Of a DNA stretch of 64,000 nt, positions 60,619-64,000 are shown in pieces (the stretch's first letter is position 1; each line of letters starts with the position of its first letter). The notes under the pieces are model-generated. The model saw only the letters and a list, made by a program, of their open reading frames with translations, made no database searches and had not been told where the DNA came from. The stretch is from a virus (taxonomy: Duplodnaviria > Caudoviricetes), in the IMG/VR virus record IMGVR_UViG_3300042975_000100, positions 1 through 64,000 of that record; one strand, 5' to 3'. Made by a program: the position numbers and the translations under genes.

Positions 60619-61428
60619 ATGGAAATAAAAGATGCAGAAGGTCTTACTCAATCAATACGAAAGAAATTTGGAATGCATGCAGATGAATCAACAGTTCTTA
60701 GTGCATTTGCTAATAATCCAACCAAGTATAAGGATGAGGTTACATACATCGCTAAGTATGGATTAGTTGATGAAGAGGGAAATAAAGGAGAGTTTATTGA
60801 AGAGTGCATGCCTCATTGGATCAATAAGAATGGTGCATTTGCATTTATGCTCTCGGTAACATATGCTAAGCATCATTGCTTAGGTTCTGACTATAAGGAA
60901 AGTGGCTATTTTACTACGTTCCTTCAGGACTCTATGAAGTTTGGAGTCAATAAGAAAAAGAGCAAAGATGTACAGGAGCAGATCATGAAATATATGAATT
61001 TCTGTGTACGCAATGGCATAGACTTCAATCAGAAGAATGGTGTACTTATGCGAGCTACCACTGGCCATCTCTATAAAGATGTGGTAAAGGCGATGGTCAA
61101 ACTGCATAAGATTCCACACAATGAGCGTATAGACATTGTTCTGGAGAGATTGATTGCTAATAAGGCATGGGATCTTGCAGAAGACTTTATCCGCATGGGG
61201 GCTAAACTCTATACGAATAATGCTCATCTTGATTCGTATCTTGTTGAGGACGAAGAACTTCTTAAAGATGATCATATATCATTTTGTGCAAGATATGTCA
61301 AATCGGTTATCGATGAAAAAGCAAAAGAGCTTGCTAGCGTAGCTCCAGCTCAGACATTCATCGTAGATCCGAAGACATTCGCAATGAAAAGAAAGAATTC
61401 AACTTTACCACCTTTGACAAATAGGTAA
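60619..61428 (+). CDS. Hypothetical protein with possible degenerate ankyrin repeats
   Basis: NGIDFNQKNGVLMRATTGHLYKDVVKAMV and WDLAEDFIRMGA resemble ankyrin repeats. Confidence 0.5.
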   Translation: MEIKDAEGLTQSIRKKFGMHADESTVLSAFANNPTKYKDEVTYIAKYGLVDEEGNKGEFIEECMPHWINKNGAFAFMLSVTYAKHHCLGSDYKESGYFTTFLQDSMKFGVNKKKSKDVQEQIMKYMNFCVRNGIDFNQKNGVLMRATTGHLYKDVVKAMVKLHKIPHNERIDIVLERLIANKAWDLAEDFIRMGAKLYTNNAHLDSYLVEDEELLKDDHISFCARYVKSVIDEKAKELASVAPAQTFIVDPKTFAMKRKNSTLPPLTNR

Positions 61429-61441
61429 GAGGTGATAGATC

Positions 61442-62170
61442 ATGGCTAAATGGCCTACGTTTTTAAAGAAAGATGGAGACAAAGTTCTCTTCAATGCACC
61501 AGGAGAGCTTTTATTTTTTCTTCCTGAGAAGTTATTCGATCTTAGATTAGCTTTCCCAGCCGGAGACTATCAGAATGTATTTGGTCTGCTGAACTATTGT
61601 TTGGTAGATGCTAATGGTAAGAAAGGGAAACTTAAACTGCTTAAGCTCCCTACAAGATTTCTTACTCAGCCGTATAAGATTGATAAGATTAAAGAAGCAA
61701 AGCTTATTTCCACTTCTAAAGTTCAGGATTACAGGGTATTCCGCTTTAAGAAGGGAGATGCTGTTATCGTAGAAACACGAGTTCCTATGGATATCAAGAA
61801 TGTAGAGGACTTCATTAACCTTATCCTTATCACTGGTAATATGACAAACAGTGTTCCATACGATAAGATTCAGGATATGTTCATGAAGAATATGGACATC
61901 AATGGCAATAACTATAACGTTAGTGCACAGATGTTTGGAATCATATTCTCAGAGTGCTGCAGAGCATTGAATGATCCATCTAAGCCGTATCGACTCAGTA
62001 ATACGAATGACTTAACAGCATACGTATTGATGAGTGTAAAGAAGGTATCTCGACTCATCAGTTCTTATTCTGCATTTACATCAGAGAACTTTATGGAATC
62101 TATTACTCATGCTATGATGAATGATAAGAAGATAGATCAGCCATTAGAGCGTGTAATGACAGGAGATTGA
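61442..62170 (+). CDS. RNA polymerase beta-prime extreme C-terminal fragment (probably virion RNAP)
   Basis: GIIFSECCR...LMSVKKVSRLISSYSAFTSEN...ITHAM...PLERVMTG parallels the RpoC C-terminus (EVIVRQM...LLGITKASL...SFISAASFQ...LKENVIVG). Confidence 0.55.
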   Translation: MAKWPTFLKKDGDKVLFNAPGELLFFLPEKLFDLRLAFPAGDYQNVFGLLNYCLVDANGKKGKLKLLKLPTRFLTQPYKIDKIKEAKLISTSKVQDYRVFRFKKGDAVIVETRVPMDIKNVEDFINLILITGNMTNSVPYDKIQDMFMKNMDINGNNYNVSAQMFGIIFSECCRALNDPSKPYRLSNTNDLTAYVLMSVKKVSRLISSYSAFTSENFMESITHAMMNDKKIDQPLERVMTGD

Positions 62171-62176
62171 TTCAAA

Positions 62177-62683
62177 ATGCCAAATCCAACTTCGGGAATC
62201 AAAGTCAAATTTGATGAAGAACCTACCAATAAGCCTAAAGATAAAACTCCATACAAAGGACTTTCTGGTTGGCTCGATTCAATGCCAAAGGAAGAAAGAA
62301 CTGGATTCGCAAGATCTACATTCGCGCCGTTGAACAACCTTCTTAAGAATGCAGCTAAGAAAGATGACTTACCTAAACCAGATGCTATACTAAAGAAAAA
62401 GTTTATGCTCAATGCTTCTGATAAGATCGTGTTAGATCCAGATCAGAAATATGCATTGGTATATGATGAGCATGGCAACAGAAAAGGAATCATCGAAGGA
62501 AAGTTAGCTGGATTGATCGAATGTAAGCTCAAGAAGGTTAACGATAAAAACTCAGCGGTATATGCTAAGGATGGTTATCTTAAAGGAATAATCACTGGGC
62601 CTGGTAGTGACCTTAGCAAATATAGCTTAGATCCTTTAGCAGCTAAGCCAAAGATCGAGGCTAAGCTCGAAAAAATCAAATAA
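62177..62683 (+). CDS. Hypothetical basic protein with an internal duplication
   Basis: ALVYDEHGNRKGII / SAVYAKDGYLKGII. Confidence 0.7.
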   Translation: MPNPTSGIKVKFDEEPTNKPKDKTPYKGLSGWLDSMPKEERTGFARSTFAPLNNLLKNAAKKDDLPKPDAILKKKFMLNASDKIVLDPDQKYALVYDEHGNRKGIIEGKLAGLIECKLKKVNDKNSAVYAKDGYLKGIITGPGSDLSKYSLDPLAAKPKIEAKLEKIK

Positions 62684-62696
62684 GAAAAGTACATTT

Positions 62697-62735
62697 ATAT
62701 CCCTCTACCTAATGCTGGTAGAGGGATTTTCTGTG
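62697..62735. repeat. Dispersed palindrome family (copy 4)
   Basis: ATATCCCTCTACC-taatgct-GGTAGAGGGATTTTCTGTG. Confidence 0.8.
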
Positions 62736-62839
62736 CTCGAAAACGTATTAGCTGTAGGGCGTTAAAGCTAACATATCATTAAAGTTACCTTTTCTAGGGG
62801 AACAAATAAAAAATGAAACCAATAAAGGAGGAAACATAA

Positions 62840-64000
62840 ATGGCTTACGCTCAGACTAAAATCATTTGGGATGACCAATCTGATATCACTCCTATTAGTG
62901 AGACAGTTGAAGATTCCATTGATAGACCGGTCTTGTTCTTCGCCTTTGCTTCAGAAAAAGGTCCAGAAGAATATAAACCGCAGGTAAAAGGTGAAAACTT
63001 CTTCAAGCTTTATGGCTCGAAGCCAAGCTTCACTACTTACGGCCAGCCGTTGCTCGGTGCTGCTGCCTGCATCAATGCTGGCGGTCTTGCTGATTGCAAA
63101 CGTGTTGTCGCTGACGATGCTACGCTGGCAAATATTGCCGTTGTTGCAAAAGTCAAGAAAATTGCCCCGCAGGCTACCAACTCGAATGGTCAGGCTCTGT
63201 GGGAGGATGGACAGGGTGGGGTTACAACCGATCGTAACATTACTGGAAAACCGGCTCCGGTTCAGAAATGCCAGATCGAATACGAGCTTCGTGCTGTAAA
63301 CCTTGCAGGTAACTCTGTTAAGGCTATGGCAAAGGCTTTCCTTGGTGATGCTACTACCACTCATACTCTTGGTGCTGATGAAGAGTATCCGCTGTTCTTC
63401 TTGGCCGATAATGGCCGTGGACTCTCTGCAAAGAGATTCAAGATTGTATCCGATAGCTCCCAGACTCGTCCGATGGACTACGTGAAGTACATCATGACTA
63501 TTTCTGAGAATGGTACTGATCTTGAGCATTATGCATTCACGATCAATCCGGATATCATCGAGAGCGGCAAGAACCTGTCATTGCAGAGCACGATTCGTCA
63601 GTATGCAATGCAGATTCGTGGCGAAATCTTTGAAGATCAGATTGATGCATTCATTGAGAACGTTGCTTACATCGCCGGTATCCCGTATGAAACGTTCAAG
63701 TATTCAGATGCTCTGTTTGGCTCTGACCTGTATGGTAAAGCTTATGACACCATCGTCATGGCTGGTTCTGTTCAGCTCGATACGTCGGCTGGTATTGCTC
63801 TTGTAAATGGTAGCAATGGCGATTTCGCTAATGCTCCGTTGAGTGCTCTTACTTATAGCTCTCAGCTTCTGAAGGCTTTCAACGGCACTGATGGTGATGA
63901 GATCTATGATACGGATAACTTCCGTATTGATGCTGTCTTCGACTGCAACTATCCGGCTCCTGTAAAGAGAGCTATTGAGGATCTGGCTGCATTCCGCCAG
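62840..64000 (+). CDS. Tail sheath protein (partial; runs off the right edge)
   Basis: Not in the ORF track. Late motif at 62770, AAGGAGG RBS, MAYAQTKIIWDDQS...ASEKGPEE...FFKLYG...YGQPLL...AGG...KRVVADDATLAN, strong codon bias. Confidence 0.8.
   Translation, partial: MAYAQTKIIWDDQSDITPISETVEDSIDRPVLFFAFASEKGPEEYKPQVKGENFFKLYGSKPSFTTYGQPLLGAAACINAGGLADCKRVVADDATLANIAVVAKVKKIAPQATNSNGQALWEDGQGGVTTDRNITGKPAPVQKCQIEYELRAVNLAGNSVKAMAKAFLGDATTTHTLGADEEYPLFFLADNGRGLSAKRFKIVSDSSQTRPMDYVKYIMTISENGTDLEHYAFTINPDIIESGKNLSLQSTIRQYAMQIRGEIFEDQIDAFIENVAYIAGIPYETFKYSDALFGSDLYGKAYDTIVMAGSVQLDTSAGIALVNGSNGDFANAPLSALTYSSQLLKAFNGTDGDEIYDTDNFRIDAVFDCNYPAPVKRAIEDLAAFRQ

Noticed and set aside
1-64000. Alternative genetic code, tRNA genes, inteins or homing endonucleases
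   Set aside because: Genes are long and intact in code 11 with all three stop codons used; no cloverleaf, intein splice motifs or HNH/LAGLIDADG/GIY-YIG motifs were recognised by eye.

Overview
This 64-kb AT-rich window is part of a jumbo myophage genome of the AR9/PBS1-like branch of the phiKZ-related phages. The host is probably a Firmicute, with weak hints pointing to Negativicutes/Selenomonas. The window holds core genes: major capsid protein, prohead protease, large terminase, tail sheath (partial), baseplate and neck proteins, pieces of two multisubunit RNA polymerases, an AR9 gp226-like promoter-specificity subunit, a family B DNA polymerase segment, primase, SF2 helicase, a GroEL-like chaperonin, a GH25 lysin and a dNMP kinase. 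Two ORF-less group I introns were located to the nucleotide: one splits the RNAP DY/DGD catalytic motif and one splits PolB motif B. Two promoter motifs recur, early TATATTAT and late AAC[A/T]-N6-T[A/G]. The most unusual feature is a 1608-aa polyprotein (C2H2 finger and PD-(D/E)xK nuclease, three transglutaminase-like domains, an unknown domain, Nudix) with candidate prohead-protease sites between domains. Its cargo is bounded by nested direct repeats, and one module keeps its own early promoter, hairpin-occluded RBS and ATG in frame. Other candidates are late-promoter small RNAs with anti-Shine-Dalgarno/anti-AUG sequence, a dispersed palindrome family, a stand-alone beta-prime-type zinc ribbon protein and an orphan HicB. 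Three clear +1 frameshifts and one weaker one look like sequencing errors. All homology calls are motif recognition by eye or from memory; no searches were run.
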